A stretch of DNA of 64,000 bases from Acidimicrobiales bacterium. GTDB taxonomy: Bacteria > Actinomycetota > Acidimicrobiia > Acidimicrobiales > SHLQ01. Shown one piece after another: positions 39,219-49,529 of this stretch. The position numbers were made by a program, and so were the translations under genes. The stretch is from contig OZ244202.1 in the NCBI GenBank assembly GCA_965216815.1, positions 145,694-209,693 of the forward strand, in the 5' to 3' direction. Under the pieces are notes generated by a model. It was not told where the DNA came from, searched no databases, and worked only from the letters and a program-made list of their open reading frames with translations. Each line of letters opens with the position of its first letter. Position 1 is the stretch's first letter.

Positions 39219-40229
39219 TCAGATCGGCGGGGGGAGCACGAGTCGGACACCGGTGCGCGCCGCGAAGTAGTCGACCATGTCGTCGGCCACCGAGTTCCAG
39301 GTCGCGAGCGGCACGTCACGACCCAGCCGATGGCTGACGACCGCGGTCAGCTCGCTCGCACAGCGCAGCGCCTCGTAGTAGCGCTGATTGAACAGATCCA
39401 CACCCGTTTCCGATACGTACGCGGCGGTGAACCGCTTGGTCATCCCGGTTCCCAGTCTGGCGACGATCCGCTGGATGGGTCTCGGCGCGTCGACCGGCGC
39501 CAACTGAAACGTCATCGCGGCCCAGCCGACATCGAAGGCCGGCTCTGCGATCGTCACGGTCGTCCAGTCGATGACCGCCGTCAGCTCGCGTCCTTCGAAG
39601 ATCATGTTGCCGGGGTGCAGGTCGCCGTGGCATATGGCGGCCTCGGCGCGGGGCTTGGGGATGTTGCCGCGCAGCCACGCGACGCCATCGGCGAACCCTT
39701 CGGCTCCGTCGTCGATTGCCTGCTCGAGTCGCGACAGCCACCGCTCGGTGCCGGTCTCCACGGTCGACAGCTGAGTGAGCAGCGGCGCCGGATCGACCGC
39801 GTGGAGCGCAGCCTGGGTCCTTGCGGTCAGCTCCGGCACGGTGTTGATCCATCGATACGCGTAGCCGACAAGGTCACGTGTCGAGATGCCGTCGAGCATC
39901 GCGGCACCCGGCACGCGGTCCATGACGAAGAAGTGCCGGCCGAGCAACCGCGAGTCCTCATCGAAGTAGCGCACGTCGGGTGTCGCGTAGCCGCTACGAG
40001 CGAGGTACCGCTGTGTAATCGCTTCGCGACGCACCATCGACGTTTCGACCTCGGAAGGGAACAACCGAACGACGAGGGGGCCGTCCCAAGGCAGGGCAGC
40101 GTCGAGCTGGAACGCGTGGTTTTCGGTGTAGAACCCGCCGCTCAGCGGTGTCGGCGGCTCTCGGTAGGTGGGCCGCTCGGGCAGAACCGGAGCCAACGCC
40201 TCGAGCAGCGCATCGTCGAGCACGCGCAC
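39219..40229 (-). CDS. Aminoglycoside phosphotransferase (APH) family kinase
   Basis: CHGDLHPGNM, VIDW, FFVMDRVPG. Confidence 0.88.
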   Translation of the reverse strand: MRVLDDALLEALAPVLPERPTYREPPTPLSGGFYTENHAFQLDAALPWDGPLVVRLFPSEVETSMVRREAITQRYLARSGYATPDVRYFDEDSRLLGRHFFVMDRVPGAAMLDGISTRDLVGYAYRWINTVPELTARTQAALHAVDPAPLLTQLSTVETGTERWLSRLEQAIDDGAEGFADGVAWLRGNIPKPRAEAAICHGDLHPGNMIFEGRELTAVIDWTTVTIAEPAFDVGWAAMTFQLAPVDAPRPIQRIVARLGTGMTKRFTAAYVSETGVDLFNQRYYEALRCASELTAVVSHRLGRDVPLATWNSVADDMVDYFAARTGVRLVLPPPI

Positions 40230-40242
40230 ATCCTACCTTTGG

Positions 40243-40293
40243 CCGAAATTGAGAGGATCAGCCGCGCATAGCGATGCTCATCCTCTCAATTTC
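40243..40293. repeat. ~50-bp palindromic repeat, family B, copy 1
   Basis: 14-bp arms GAAATTGAGAGGAT / ATCCTCTCAATTTC; 51 bp identical to 45942-45992. Confidence 0.92.
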
Positions 40294-40335
40294 AGGGAGG
40301 ATGGCCTGGCTGCCCATCGGCATACAGTGCTGACG

Positions 40336-42585
40336 ATGATTTGGAGGCTTGGCGGAGCTCATCTCGCAGGAATCGTGCTCGCCAGTTTCGCAGGACGTCG
40401 CTCGATACGAACTGGGCTGCTCGTTGCCGCAATCGCTCCAGCGGCAACCGCGCTTTGGGCAACCGCGCTGCTCGTCGAGGATCGGCCCGCTGCGGTGCAC
40501 GAGATCGTGTGGATAGAGGGCCTCGACGTGGCGTTGCGCTTTCGCACCGACTCCCTCGCTCTTGCGATGACGGTGCTCGTCTCGGGCATCGGAGCGCTCG
40601 TGTTCGTATACGCCAGCGGCTACTTCGCGCCCGACGCACGCGCCGGTGTGCGGTTTCCGGCCTCGCTCCTCGCGTTTTCGACATCGATGCTCGGCCTCGT
40701 CTGGGCCGACTCGGTGTGGACCCTCTTCATCTTCTGGGAGCTGACCTCGATCACGTCGTTCCTCCTCGTGGGCCACAGCCACGAGCGGGCGGAGGTACGC
40801 GACGCCGCGCGACGCGCGCTCATGATCACGGGGGCTGGTGGCCTGGTTCTGCTCGCGGGTCTTTTGGTACTCGTCCAGGAAACCGGCACGGCCACGCTGA
40901 CCGGCCTGTCACCGGTGTCGGGAACCAGCGCCGCGGTCGCTGCGGTGCTCGTCATGGTCGGTGCGGCAACGAAGTCGGCGCAGGTTCCTTTCCACGTATG
41001 GCTGCCAGGCGCCATGGCTGCGCCGACACCGGTGAGCGCATATCTGCACTCGGCCACGATGGTCAAGGCCGGGGTTCTTCTCGTCGCCGTCATCGGTCCG
41101 GCATTTGCAAACGTAGGAGCTTGGAGGGCGCTGGGGCTCTCGTTTGGCATTGTCTCGATGCTCTGGGGCGCTGTCGGGGCGCTCCGTGACCGAGACGCGA
41201 AGCTGATCCTGGCGTGGGGCACGATCTCCCAGCTCGGCCTGATGGTCGTGCTGTTCTCACTCGGATCCGCAAAGGCGACGTTCGCCGGCGTAGCGCTGCT
41301 CATCGCACACGCCCTGTTCAAGGCAGCCCTGTTCCTCGTCGTGGGCGAGATCGACATCCGAACCGGGACGCGCGATGTCGAGGCGCTCGGTGGTCTCTGG
41401 CGCTCGATGCCGGTCGCCTTCGCGGTCGCCATGCTGGCGGGGTTGTCGATGGCGGGCGCGCCGCCTCTCTTGGGCTTCATGGCCAAGGAGGCTGCCATCG
41501 AGGCGGTGCTGGCGTTGTCGGGCGCCGAGAAGGCGATCGTCACGATCGCAGTCGTCGGCGGATCGGTTCTTACTGTCGCCTACACGGTGCGATTCATGAT
41601 CGCTGTCTTCGGGCCCGGGCCGGCCACCGAGGTCTCCGATCGACGAGCCGCCATGACCGGGCCCGCTCTGGTCCTCGGTGCCGCCGGCGTCGCCGGGTAC
41701 ATCGCCGTCGACGCTGTCAACAGCATCGTCGTCGACGCCGCGTCGGGGATCGACACCGGCGCATCGGTATACGAGCTGATCCGCTGGCCTGGGCTGAAGA
41801 CCGCGTTCGTCATATCGATGGCGGTGCTCGCAAGCGGAGCCATCGTCGGCGCCGCCATCGCTCGACGAAGGCCCGGCGTGCCGGAACCCCGGGGGGCCGA
41901 TGCAGCCGACCGGTCGATCGAAACGATCCTGACGGGTGCCCCGCGCATCACGGCCCGCATCCAGCACGGCTCGTTGCCGGTATATGTCGTGACGCTCGCC
42001 GCTGCCGCCGCTATCGCCACAGTGCCGTTCCTCACAGTTGCGACCACTTCCCATCTCATCTGGTGGGACGGGCCGATGCAGGCGGCGCTGGCCGTCGTGA
42101 TAGTCGCGACCGCTGTCGCCGGTGTCTTCGTGGATTCGCGGCTCGGGGCTGCGCTCGTACTTGGAGCGATCGGGATCGCTGTCTCGGGGTTGTTCGTGGT
42201 CCACGGCGCACCCGATCTCGCCCTCACACAGTTGTTGGTGGAAACAGTCATCGTCGTCGGGTTCGTACTTGGCCTCGGCCACCTACGACGCCGCTTTCCC
42301 GAGTCGAGCAACCGGTGGCGCTTAGCGCGAGTCGTGCTCGCTGTCGCCGGCGGGCTTGCCGTCACGACCGCTCTTGCCTCGTCGGCGTCGGCTCCGTCGG
42401 GAACCGCCCCTGTCGAGTCCCTGACCGTGGGCGCTGTCGACGAGGGCGGAGGCAACAACGTCGTCAACGTCATCCTCACCGATATCAGGGCGCTCGACAC
42501 CCTCGGCGAAGTCGTCGTGCTCGCCACGGTCGCCGTGGGCATCATCGCCCTGGCGCGCGTGCGCCGCCAAGAGGCATCGACATGA
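40336..42585 (+). CDS. mrpA: Multisubunit Na+/H+ antiporter subunit A
   Basis: FWELTSITSFLL, TKSAQVPFHVWLPGAMAAPTPVSAYLHSATMVKAG, APDLALTQ, NVVNVILTDIRALDTLGE. Confidence 0.92.
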   Translation: MIWRLGGAHLAGIVLASFAGRRSIRTGLLVAAIAPAATALWATALLVEDRPAAVHEIVWIEGLDVALRFRTDSLALAMTVLVSGIGALVFVYASGYFAPDARAGVRFPASLLAFSTSMLGLVWADSVWTLFIFWELTSITSFLLVGHSHERAEVRDAARRALMITGAGGLVLLAGLLVLVQETGTATLTGLSPVSGTSAAVAAVLVMVGAATKSAQVPFHVWLPGAMAAPTPVSAYLHSATMVKAGVLLVAVIGPAFANVGAWRALGLSFGIVSMLWGAVGALRDRDAKLILAWGTISQLGLMVVLFSLGSAKATFAGVALLIAHALFKAALFLVVGEIDIRTGTRDVEALGGLWRSMPVAFAVAMLAGLSMAGAPPLLGFMAKEAAIEAVLALSGAEKAIVTIAVVGGSVLTVAYTVRFMIAVFGPGPATEVSDRRAAMTGPALVLGAAGVAGYIAVDAVNSIVVDAASGIDTGASVYELIRWPGLKTAFVISMAVLASGAIVGAAIARRRPGVPEPRGADAADRSIETILTGAPRITARIQHGSLPVYVVTLAAAAAIATVPFLTVATTSHLIWWDGPMQAALAVVIVATAVAGVFVDSRLGAALVLGAIGIAVSGLFVVHGAPDLALTQLLVETVIVVGFVLGLGHLRRRFPESSNRWRLARVVLAVAGGLAVTTALASSASAPSGTAPVESLTVGAVDEGGGNNVVNVILTDIRALDTLGEVVVLATVAVGIIALARVRRQEAST

Positions 42586-43016
42586 TCGCCTCGCGTTCAC
42601 CGATCGTGCGCCTGGGTATCAGGGCTGCGACGCCGATGGCAATCGTCGTCGGCACCTACCTCCTCTTCGCGGGACACAACAGGCCGGGCGGTGGGTTCGC
42701 GGCCGGACTCGTCTTCGGGGCGGTGATCACGCTGCGCACGGTTGTAGGCATGCAACGACCCACCCATGCGACCGGCCTCCTCGCAGCGGGCGCCGCAACG
42801 GTCTGTGCGGTCGCCGTCGCGCCTCTGGCGTGGGATCTCACGTTGCTCGACCAGAAGGTGGTGACCGCGACCCTTCCGCTGCTCGGCAAGATCAAGAGCG
42901 GCAGCGCTCTACCCTTCGACATCGGTGTGGCGGCCATCGTCGTCGGCCTGGTCATAGCGGTCCTCGACGGACTGTCGACCACAGATCCTGGTACGCCCGA
43001 GAAGGTCGAGCGATGA
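42582..43016 (+). CDS. mrpB: Na+/H+ antiporter subunit B
   Basis: GHNRPGGGFAAGL, FDIGV; ATGA overlap. Confidence 0.9.
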   Translation: MIASRSPIVRLGIRAATPMAIVVGTYLLFAGHNRPGGGFAAGLVFGAVITLRTVVGMQRPTHATGLLAAGAATVCAVAVAPLAWDLTLLDQKVVTATLPLLGKIKSGSALPFDIGVAAIVVGLVIAVLDGLSTTDPGTPEKVER

Positions 43017-43372
43017 GCACCGCCCTCCTCGCTGCGACATGGGGGCTGACGACGGTCGGCATCTACCTGATCACGGCACGGTCGCTCAGCCGCATCATCC
43101 TCGGCTTCTCACTTCTCGGCCACGCCGCGGTCATCGCCCTGTTGGCCTCCGGCGGACCGCCCCGCGCCGCGCCGATCGCCGGGCAGGCCACCGCCGCCCT
43201 GTCCAACCCACTCCCCCAGGCGCTTGCTCTGACAGCCATCGTCATCTCCTTCGGACTCACCCTCTTCCTTCTCGCTCTCGCCGGCCGCCAACACGAACTG
43301 TCCGGCGACGACTTGGTGGAAGACGACCTCGAGGACAGACGAATCGCAGAAGCCGAGGGAGACCCGTCGTGA
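43013..43372 (+). CDS. mrpC: Na+/H+ antiporter subunit C
   Basis: NPLPQALALTAIVISFG. Confidence 0.92.
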   Translation: MSTALLAATWGLTTVGIYLITARSLSRIILGFSLLGHAAVIALLASGGPPRAAPIAGQATAALSNPLPQALALTAIVISFGLTLFLLALAGRQHELSGDDLVEDDLEDRRIAEAEGDPS

Positions 43373-44844
43373 ATGCGCTCATCGCCGCGACGATCATCGC
43401 TCCGATCCTGGGGGCTGCGTCAGGTCTCGTCGCCAAGACGACGCGCTGGCGAGACGCCGTAACCATCGCCGGGCTCGGAGTGGCCGCGGTCTCATCGATC
43501 GTCATCTTGATTCGGGTAGCCGCCGACGGAACGCACGTCATGAACGTCGGCGGGTGGGATCCCGAACTCGGAATCGTGCTCGTCGCTGATCTGTTCGCGG
43601 CGCTGGTCCTGCCGGTAGCGCTGGTGATCATCTTCGTGGTCGAGTTCTTCGCCATCGGCCAGCGTCGCACCGCTTGGGGCGCAAACCCCGAGCTCGCCGG
43701 GCCACTCCTCGGCGTGCTTACCGCCGGCGTGTCGCTGGCGATCCTCACCGGCGACCTGTTCACGCTCTTCGTCGCCTTCGAGCTCATCTTGGTGTCGAGC
43801 TACGTGCTTCTCACGAACCAGGGCCGACGCGCACAGGTTCGTTCGGGCATGACCTATGTCGTCATGAACCTCTTCTCGTCGACCCTGTTCCTTTTCGGCC
43901 TCGGCTTCGTGTACGCGTCGACCGGAACGGTGAACCTCGCGCTTCTGGCCGAGCGGATACCCGAGCTTCCCGATGGCGTGCGACTGGGCATCGGTGCCTG
44001 GTTCTTCGTCGTGTTCGGCACCAAGGCCGCTGTGTTCCCGCTCTTTTCATGGCTTCCCGACTCCTACCCGACCGCACCGACCACGATCACCGCGGTCTTC
44101 GCCGGACTGCTGACGAAGATCGGCATCTACGCGATGATCCGCTTCCACACGCTCACCGGCATGGACGAGCTCGGCACGACGATGCTCGTCATCGCCGGTG
44201 CGACGATGGTCATCGGCGCTATCGGAGCGCTGGCTCAGTCAGACGTGAAGCGCATTCTGTCGTTCCACATCATCAGCCAGATCGGATACATGCTGATGGG
44301 CCTCGGGTTGTTCACCGTCGCCGGAACAGCCGGAGCGATCCTGTTCCTCATCCACCACATGCCGGTCAAGACAATCTTGTTCCTCGTCGGTGGCCTGATC
44401 GAGAACGATCAGGGCACGAGCAGCCTCGACCGGTCGGGCGGGCTCGCGGCCCGCCGCCCGCTCATCGCCGCCTTCTTTGCGATACCGGCGCTCAGCCTCG
44501 CCGGTCTGCCGCCATTTTCGGGATTCGCCGCCAAGTTCTCCGTCATCTCCGCCGGCATTGCCGAAGCGGCGACACCGATCGTCGTCCTGGCTCTCGTCGC
44601 GGGCGCACTGACGTTGTTGTCGATGACCAAGATCTGGATCGGCGTGTTCTGGGGAACGTCGGCCGGACACGAGTCGGCCGCGGATGCGCCCGGCAACCAA
44701 ACCGCGATGCTCGCTGCCACCGGTCTGGCAGTTGCTGGAACGCTGTTCATCTCGATCTTCGCCGGCACAGTGCTCGACCTCAGCAGCCGAGCGGCCGAAG
44801 ACCTTCGCTCGACCGCGACATACATCGCCGAGGTGCGGGCGTGA
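43369..44844 (+). CDS. mrpD: Na+/H+ antiporter subunit D
   Basis: DLFTLFVAFE, KAAVFPLFSWLPDSY, LLTKIGIYA, GLPPFSGF. Confidence 0.92.
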   Translation: MNALIAATIIAPILGAASGLVAKTTRWRDAVTIAGLGVAAVSSIVILIRVAADGTHVMNVGGWDPELGIVLVADLFAALVLPVALVIIFVVEFFAIGQRRTAWGANPELAGPLLGVLTAGVSLAILTGDLFTLFVAFELILVSSYVLLTNQGRRAQVRSGMTYVVMNLFSSTLFLFGLGFVYASTGTVNLALLAERIPELPDGVRLGIGAWFFVVFGTKAAVFPLFSWLPDSYPTAPTTITAVFAGLLTKIGIYAMIRFHTLTGMDELGTTMLVIAGATMVIGAIGALAQSDVKRILSFHIISQIGYMLMGLGLFTVAGTAGAILFLIHHMPVKTILFLVGGLIENDQGTSSLDRSGGLAARRPLIAAFFAIPALSLAGLPPFSGFAAKFSVISAGIAEAATPIVVLALVAGALTLLSMTKIWIGVFWGTSAGHESAADAPGNQTAMLAATGLAVAGTLFISIFAGTVLDLSSRAAEDLRSTATYIAEVRA

Positions 44845-45347
44845 GCCCTCTGATTCGCCCCCACCGCCTCGCAACGCTTGTCGTGCTTACGTTCGTCTGG
44901 TGCGCGCTGTGGGGCGAGGCGACGGTCGGCAACGTCATCACCGGGCTCGCATTGGCGATCGGTGTCACCGCGCTCGGCGTGGGCACCTCAGGTTTGGGCG
45001 GCATTCGACTGTTGCCTCTTCTGCGCCTGGCCTGGCTGGTCTGCGTCGACCTCGTGAAGTCGACGGCGAGCGTCGCTCTCGAGACCGTGACGCCCCAGGA
45101 CCGCACAGAGGAGTCGATCGTCGCGGTCGAGGTCGGGCGCGAGAGCCGCGATCACATGTTGCTGCTCATCGTTGCGGTCACACTCACACCCGGCACTGCG
45201 GTTGTCGACGCCGATCCCGACACCGGCACGTTGTACCTCCACCTACTCCACGATCACCGCCGAATCGCCACGCGCGAGCACGTCGAGGAGTTGTCCCGTC
45301 TCGCCTGCCAGGCACTACCGACCACCACGAGGACGCAGACACCATGA
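44841..45347 (+). CDS. mrpE: Na+/H+ antiporter subunit E
   Basis: WCALWG, TLTPGT, LYLHLL. Confidence 0.88.
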   Translation: MSPLIRPHRLATLVVLTFVWCALWGEATVGNVITGLALAIGVTALGVGTSGLGGIRLLPLLRLAWLVCVDLVKSTASVALETVTPQDRTEESIVAVEVGRESRDHMLLLIVAVTLTPGTAVVDADPDTGTLYLHLLHDHRRIATREHVEELSRLACQALPTTTRTQTP

Positions 45348-45616
45348 CCTCCGCCGCACTTTTTTGTTTCGCTTTCGCCGGAGTCGCCGGCACGATCCGA
45401 TTGCTCATCGGCCCGGGCCTGCCCGACAGGGTCATGGCACTCGATGTGGTCCTCATTTCGTTGATGGGCGCCATCGCGGTCGACGCCGGGCGACGCGAGG
45501 ACTCGACGTACCTGGTGCTGCTCGTGGTGATCGCGATAATCGGATTCACAGCGACGGTTGCCGCCAGCAAGTTCATCGAGCACGAGCACACCCGTGAGAC
45601 CGGAGGTTCGCTGTGA
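45344..45616 (+). CDS. mrpF: Na+/H+ antiporter subunit F
   Basis: RLLIGPGLPDRVMALD, IGFTATVA. Confidence 0.88.
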   Translation: MTSAALFCFAFAGVAGTIRLLIGPGLPDRVMALDVVLISLMGAIAVDAGRREDSTYLVLLVVIAIIGFTATVAASKFIEHEHTRETGGSL

Positions 45617-45951
45617 GTGTCATCGCCGACGCGCTCATGCTCGGTGGTGGAGCGATCGCCGTGCTCGCCGGCGTCGGCCTGCTGCGGTTCGGAACCGCCT
45701 ACGCCCGCTTCCACGCCGCCGGTAAGGCGAGCCCTGTCGCGTTTCTCGTCGCCGCGCTGGGTGCGGCGATCCATCTCGGCGCTCAGGGTGCCGCGTACCT
45801 GCTGATCGCAGCATCGGCGATGGTGCTCACCCTCCCTGTTGGGGTGCATGTGCTGTTCCGCGCCGTTCACCGCACGTCACCGAACGACCACCTCGTCGTC
45901 GACGACCTGGCACCTGCCGAAGCCGGCGATACGCCAGATGTCCGAAATTGA
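45613..45951 (+). CDS. mrpG: Na+/H+ antiporter subunit G
   Basis: GLLRF..YARFHAAGK, LTLPVGVH. Confidence 0.88.
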   Translation: MSVIADALMLGGGAIAVLAGVGLLRFGTAYARFHAAGKASPVAFLVAALGAAIHLGAQGAAYLLIAASAMVLTLPVGVHVLFRAVHRTSPNDHLVVDDLAPAEAGDTPDVRN

Positions 45952-45993
45952 GAGGATCAGCCGCGCATAGCGATGCTCATCCTCTCAATTTCG
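45942..45993. repeat. ~50-bp palindromic repeat, family B, copy 2
   Basis: Identical to copy 1; contains the stop codons of mrpG and the GH2 gene. Confidence 0.92.
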
Positions 45994-47742
45994 TGGAGGG
46001 AGGATCGCCCGGTGGATCTTGCGCAGGCGCTCGGGCGGGATCTTGAAGACCGCACGGTCGTAGGTCAACAGACCGTTGATCTCACCTTCGACGTCGGTCG
46101 TCTGGGTGTAGATTGCGCCGGCTAGACCGTCCGGGACGAGTCTCGCGATGAGGTTGGTGAGATCGGTGTAGGCCGCGTCGAGTGCCTCCGGCGTGTCGGC
46201 CGTCTCGTAGCCCCAGCCCGTCTCAGCCCACATGTGATCGGTGACCGCCAGCTTCAAACCGCCGTACTCGCCGTAGACCACAGCGCGATCGACCTCGGCG
46301 CCAGGGAACCGCTCGGGTTCGCGATAGACGTGGTGGTCGCGCATGTCACCCGAGCCGGTGTCGACCCAACCGCTCGGGCCGTCGACCAGACGCGTGGGAT
46401 CGCGGTCGGCCACGTGCGCGAGCGTCGCGTCGGTTTCGTGTTGGCCCCAACCCTCGTTGAAGGGCACCCAGACCACGATCGAACAAAAGGGCTCGAGCGC
46501 GTCGAGCATCGCATCGAGATCGCGTCTGAAACCCGCCGGGTCACGCCCAGGAGATATCTCGTCCCACGCCATGTCCTCCGGCGCGACCCCATCGGCCAGC
46601 TGGGTACCGAACGCGACCATGTCGAACCTAGTCGAAGGCATGTCCTGCCACACGAGCGCGCCGAGCCGATCGGCATGCCAGTACCAGCGCGCCGGCTCGA
46701 CCTTGACGTGCTTGCGGATCGTGTTGAACCCCATCGCCAATGTCGCGTCGATGTCGAACGCCAACGCTTCGTCGGTCGGTGCGGTGTAGAGACCGTCGGG
46801 CCACCAGCCCTGATCGAGCGGTCCGAAATGGAAGATGGGCTCGCCGTTGAGCGCCAGACGCAGATGGCCGCTGTCGTCTCGAACGGTGCCGACCTCGCGC
46901 GCACCGAAGTAGCTGTCCACCCGATCATCGGGCGCCCCCGGTGAGCTCAGCCGGACCTCGAGATCGTAGAGATGCGGGTCGGCCGGCGACCATGCACGCA
47001 GCGTCTCGAGCTCGAGGCGGACCTCAGCGACTCCGTCGAGCACAGTCGCATTGCCCGCGGCCACCACGTCGTCGCCGTCGCTGGCTTCGACAGCGATCCC
47101 GCTGCCGGGCGCAGCATCGCTGGTGCGGCAGCGTACAACCACGGCACTCGAAGCAAGGTCGGTTCGCGTCACCACCGATTCGATCGATGCCGCGGGCACC
47201 GGTTCGAGCCAGACGGTCTGCCAGATACCGGCGACCGCCGTGTACTGGATGCCGAACGGTCGCAGCGCTTGCTTGCCGAGGGGCTGATCTCCCGTATCGG
47301 TCGGGTCGGTCATCGATACGACGAGCTCGTTGTCGCCGCCGTCGGCGAGGGCAGCGGTGATGTCAATATGGAACGGGCCGAACCCGCCGACGTGGGAGCC
47401 GACCCTTTCGCCGTTCACGCGGATCTCGCACGCGTGGTCGACAGCGCCGAAATGGAGACGGAGCCTCTCACCTTCATCGAGCAGCGGTGTGCTGAATTGA
47501 CGACGCATGCTCAGCACCTCGTCGGGCTGCAGTGTGTGATCGAGCCCGCTCAGATGTGACCCGGCCGGGTAGGGCACGAGGATGCGCTCATCGAAATCGG
47601 GTGACTCGCCGGGCGCGTGGATCGCCGCATCCCACCAGCCGTTGAGGTTGACCCATCGTGGACGAACCAACTGCGGCCGCGGGTACTCCGGAAGTGGTTG
47701 TTCGGGGTCGACGTCGTCGGCCCAGCGTGTGAGCAGTGCCAC
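45985..47742 (-). CDS. Glycoside hydrolase family 2
   Basis: EYPRPQL, LHFGAVD, GIWQTVWLE, LDQGWWPDG, RKHVKVE, WVPFNEGW, GEYGG. Confidence 0.92.
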   Translation of the reverse strand: MALLTRWADDVDPEQPLPEYPRPQLVRPRWVNLNGWWDAAIHAPGESPDFDERILVPYPAGSHLSGLDHTLQPDEVLSMRRQFSTPLLDEGERLRLHFGAVDHACEIRVNGERVGSHVGGFGPFHIDITAALADGGDNELVVSMTDPTDTGDQPLGKQALRPFGIQYTAVAGIWQTVWLEPVPAASIESVVTRTDLASSAVVVRCRTSDAAPGSGIAVEASDGDDVVAAGNATVLDGVAEVRLELETLRAWSPADPHLYDLEVRLSSPGAPDDRVDSYFGAREVGTVRDDSGHLRLALNGEPIFHFGPLDQGWWPDGLYTAPTDEALAFDIDATLAMGFNTIRKHVKVEPARWYWHADRLGALVWQDMPSTRFDMVAFGTQLADGVAPEDMAWDEISPGRDPAGFRRDLDAMLDALEPFCSIVVWVPFNEGWGQHETDATLAHVADRDPTRLVDGPSGWVDTGSGDMRDHHVYREPERFPGAEVDRAVVYGEYGGLKLAVTDHMWAETGWGYETADTPEALDAAYTDLTNLIARLVPDGLAGAIYTQTTDVEGEINGLLTYDRAVFKIPPERLRKIHRAILPPRN

Positions 47743-47784
47743 AAGATGACGTTAGCCCCGCACCGGTGCGGCCTAGCCTGAACC

Positions 47785-48579
47785 ATGCGACGAAATGACG
47801 TCGAGCGGGCCGCCGCGAGGCTGCGCACCGCCGCAAACGAGGCGACACCTTGTCCGCCGGTTCGCGACATTCTCGGAACCGACACCGATCTCGATGTCGC
47901 CTACGCGACCCAGCAGGTCAACACCGAACTCGACATCGCCGCAGGTCGCCGCATCAGCGGTCGAAAGATCGGACTGACCTCGGCAGCGGTGCAATCGCAG
48001 CTCGGTGTCCATCAACCCGATTTCGGCACGCTGTTCGCAGATATGGAGGTCGGCGACGGGCTCGAGACCGACCTCGGCCGCCTACTCCAGCCGCGAGTGG
48101 AGGCCGAGGTGGCGATCGTGCTCGGTGACGATCTCGACAAGGGCGAACACACCTTCGTCGACATCATCTCAGCGACCGCGTTCGCGCTGCCGGCAATCGA
48201 GGTCGTCGACAGTCGCGTCGCCGACTGGAACATCACCATCGTCGACACGATCGCCGACAACGCGAGCTGCGGTTTGTACGTCATCGGAGGAAGGCCCGTG
48301 CCGCTCGAATCGGTCGATCTCCGCAAGATACCGATGCGGATGGCTGTCAACGGCGAAGACGTCTCGACAGGGGAAGGGTCGGCATGTCTCGGGCACCCAC
48401 TCCACGCCGCCCGCTGGTTGGCCGACGTGCTCTGCAAACGCGGTACACCGCTGCGAGCGGGCGAGGTCGTCATGACCGGGGCGCTCGGTCCGCTGGCGTC
48501 GGTTTCCGCGGGTGATGTGATCGAAGCCGACCTAGGCCCGCTCGGGACGGTGTCCACAACCATGTCGGGGGGCGAGTGA
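47785..48579 (+). CDS. mhpD: 2-keto-4-pentenoate hydratase
   Basis: [40 protein letters not shown]. Confidence 0.9.
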   Translation: MRRNDVERAAARLRTAANEATPCPPVRDILGTDTDLDVAYATQQVNTELDIAAGRRISGRKIGLTSAAVQSQLGVHQPDFGTLFADMEVGDGLETDLGRLLQPRVEAEVAIVLGDDLDKGEHTFVDIISATAFALPAIEVVDSRVADWNITIVDTIADNASCGLYVIGGRPVPLESVDLRKIPMRMAVNGEDVSTGEGSACLGHPLHAARWLADVLCKRGTPLRAGEVVMTGALGPLASVSAGDVIEADLGPLGTVSTTMSGGE

Positions 48580-49529
48580 TGGCCACAACCAAGTGCGCAA
48601 TAGTCGGCTCGGGCAACATCGCGACCGACCTGATGATCAAGTCGAAGCGCACGTCGGAAACCATCGAGCTGGTCGCGATGGCCGGCATCGACCCTGAGTC
48701 CGACGGCCTCGACCGCGCTGACCGCATGGGCCTCGCGACAACCGCCGAGGGAATAGACGGACTGACCCGTCTCGACGAGTTCGACGACATCGACGTCGTG
48801 TTCGACGCGACGTCTGCCGGCGCTCACGCTCGCCATGACGAGGTTCTGCGCGCAGCGGGCTAGCGCATTGTCGATCTGACACCGGCGGCAATTGGCCCTT
48901 ATGTCGTGCCGTCGGTGAACATCGACGCGCACCTCGAATCGCCCAACATCAACATGGTGACCTGCGGAGGACAGGCGACCGTGCCAATGGTGGCCGCAGT
49001 CAACCGGGTCGCCCCTGTCGCGTACGCCGAGATCGTCTCGTCGATCGCCTCGCTGTCGGCCGGACCTGGCACGCGGGCCAACATCGACGAGTTCACAGAG
49101 ACGACAGCGCGCGCACTCGAGACGGTCGGAGGAGCACAGCTCGGCAAGGCGATCATCGTCCTCAATCCAGCCGATCCTCCGTTGATCATGCGCAACACCG
49201 TGTTCTGCCTCGTCGAAACGGGCGAACCCGAGGACCTCGAAGAGTCGATCCACTCGATGGTCGAAACCGTGCAGCGCTACGTTCCCGGCTACCGGCTCAA
49301 ACAGCGGGTGCAATTCGAGCGCCTCGACGAGGGCTCGCCGGTGCGCATCCCCGACCTCGACCGCAAGTTCACGGGTTGGAAGGTCTCGATCTTTCTCGAG
49401 GTGGAGGGCGCCGCGCACTACCTCCCCGCCTATGCCGGAAACCTCGACATCATGACCTCGGCCGCCATACGCACCGCCGAGGCGATCGCCCGGGCCGATG
49501 TCGAACAGTCAAGGAAGGCGGCACGATGA
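48579..49529 (+). pseudogene. mhpF: Acetaldehyde dehydrogenase (acylating) interrupted by an in-frame TAG at 48861-48863
   Basis: [58 protein letters not shown] all in one frame. Confidence 0.85.

Noticed and set aside
40336..42585. Membrane-bound hydrogenase (MbhE) or NADH dehydrogenase NuoL call
   Set aside because: The complete mrpB-G context and absence of hydrogenase or nuo subunits indicate an Mrp antiporter.
48861..48863. Pyrrolysine or programmed amber read-through in mhpF
   Set aside because: Non-catalytic position, no pyl genes in the window, and TAG is used as a normal stop by other genes here.
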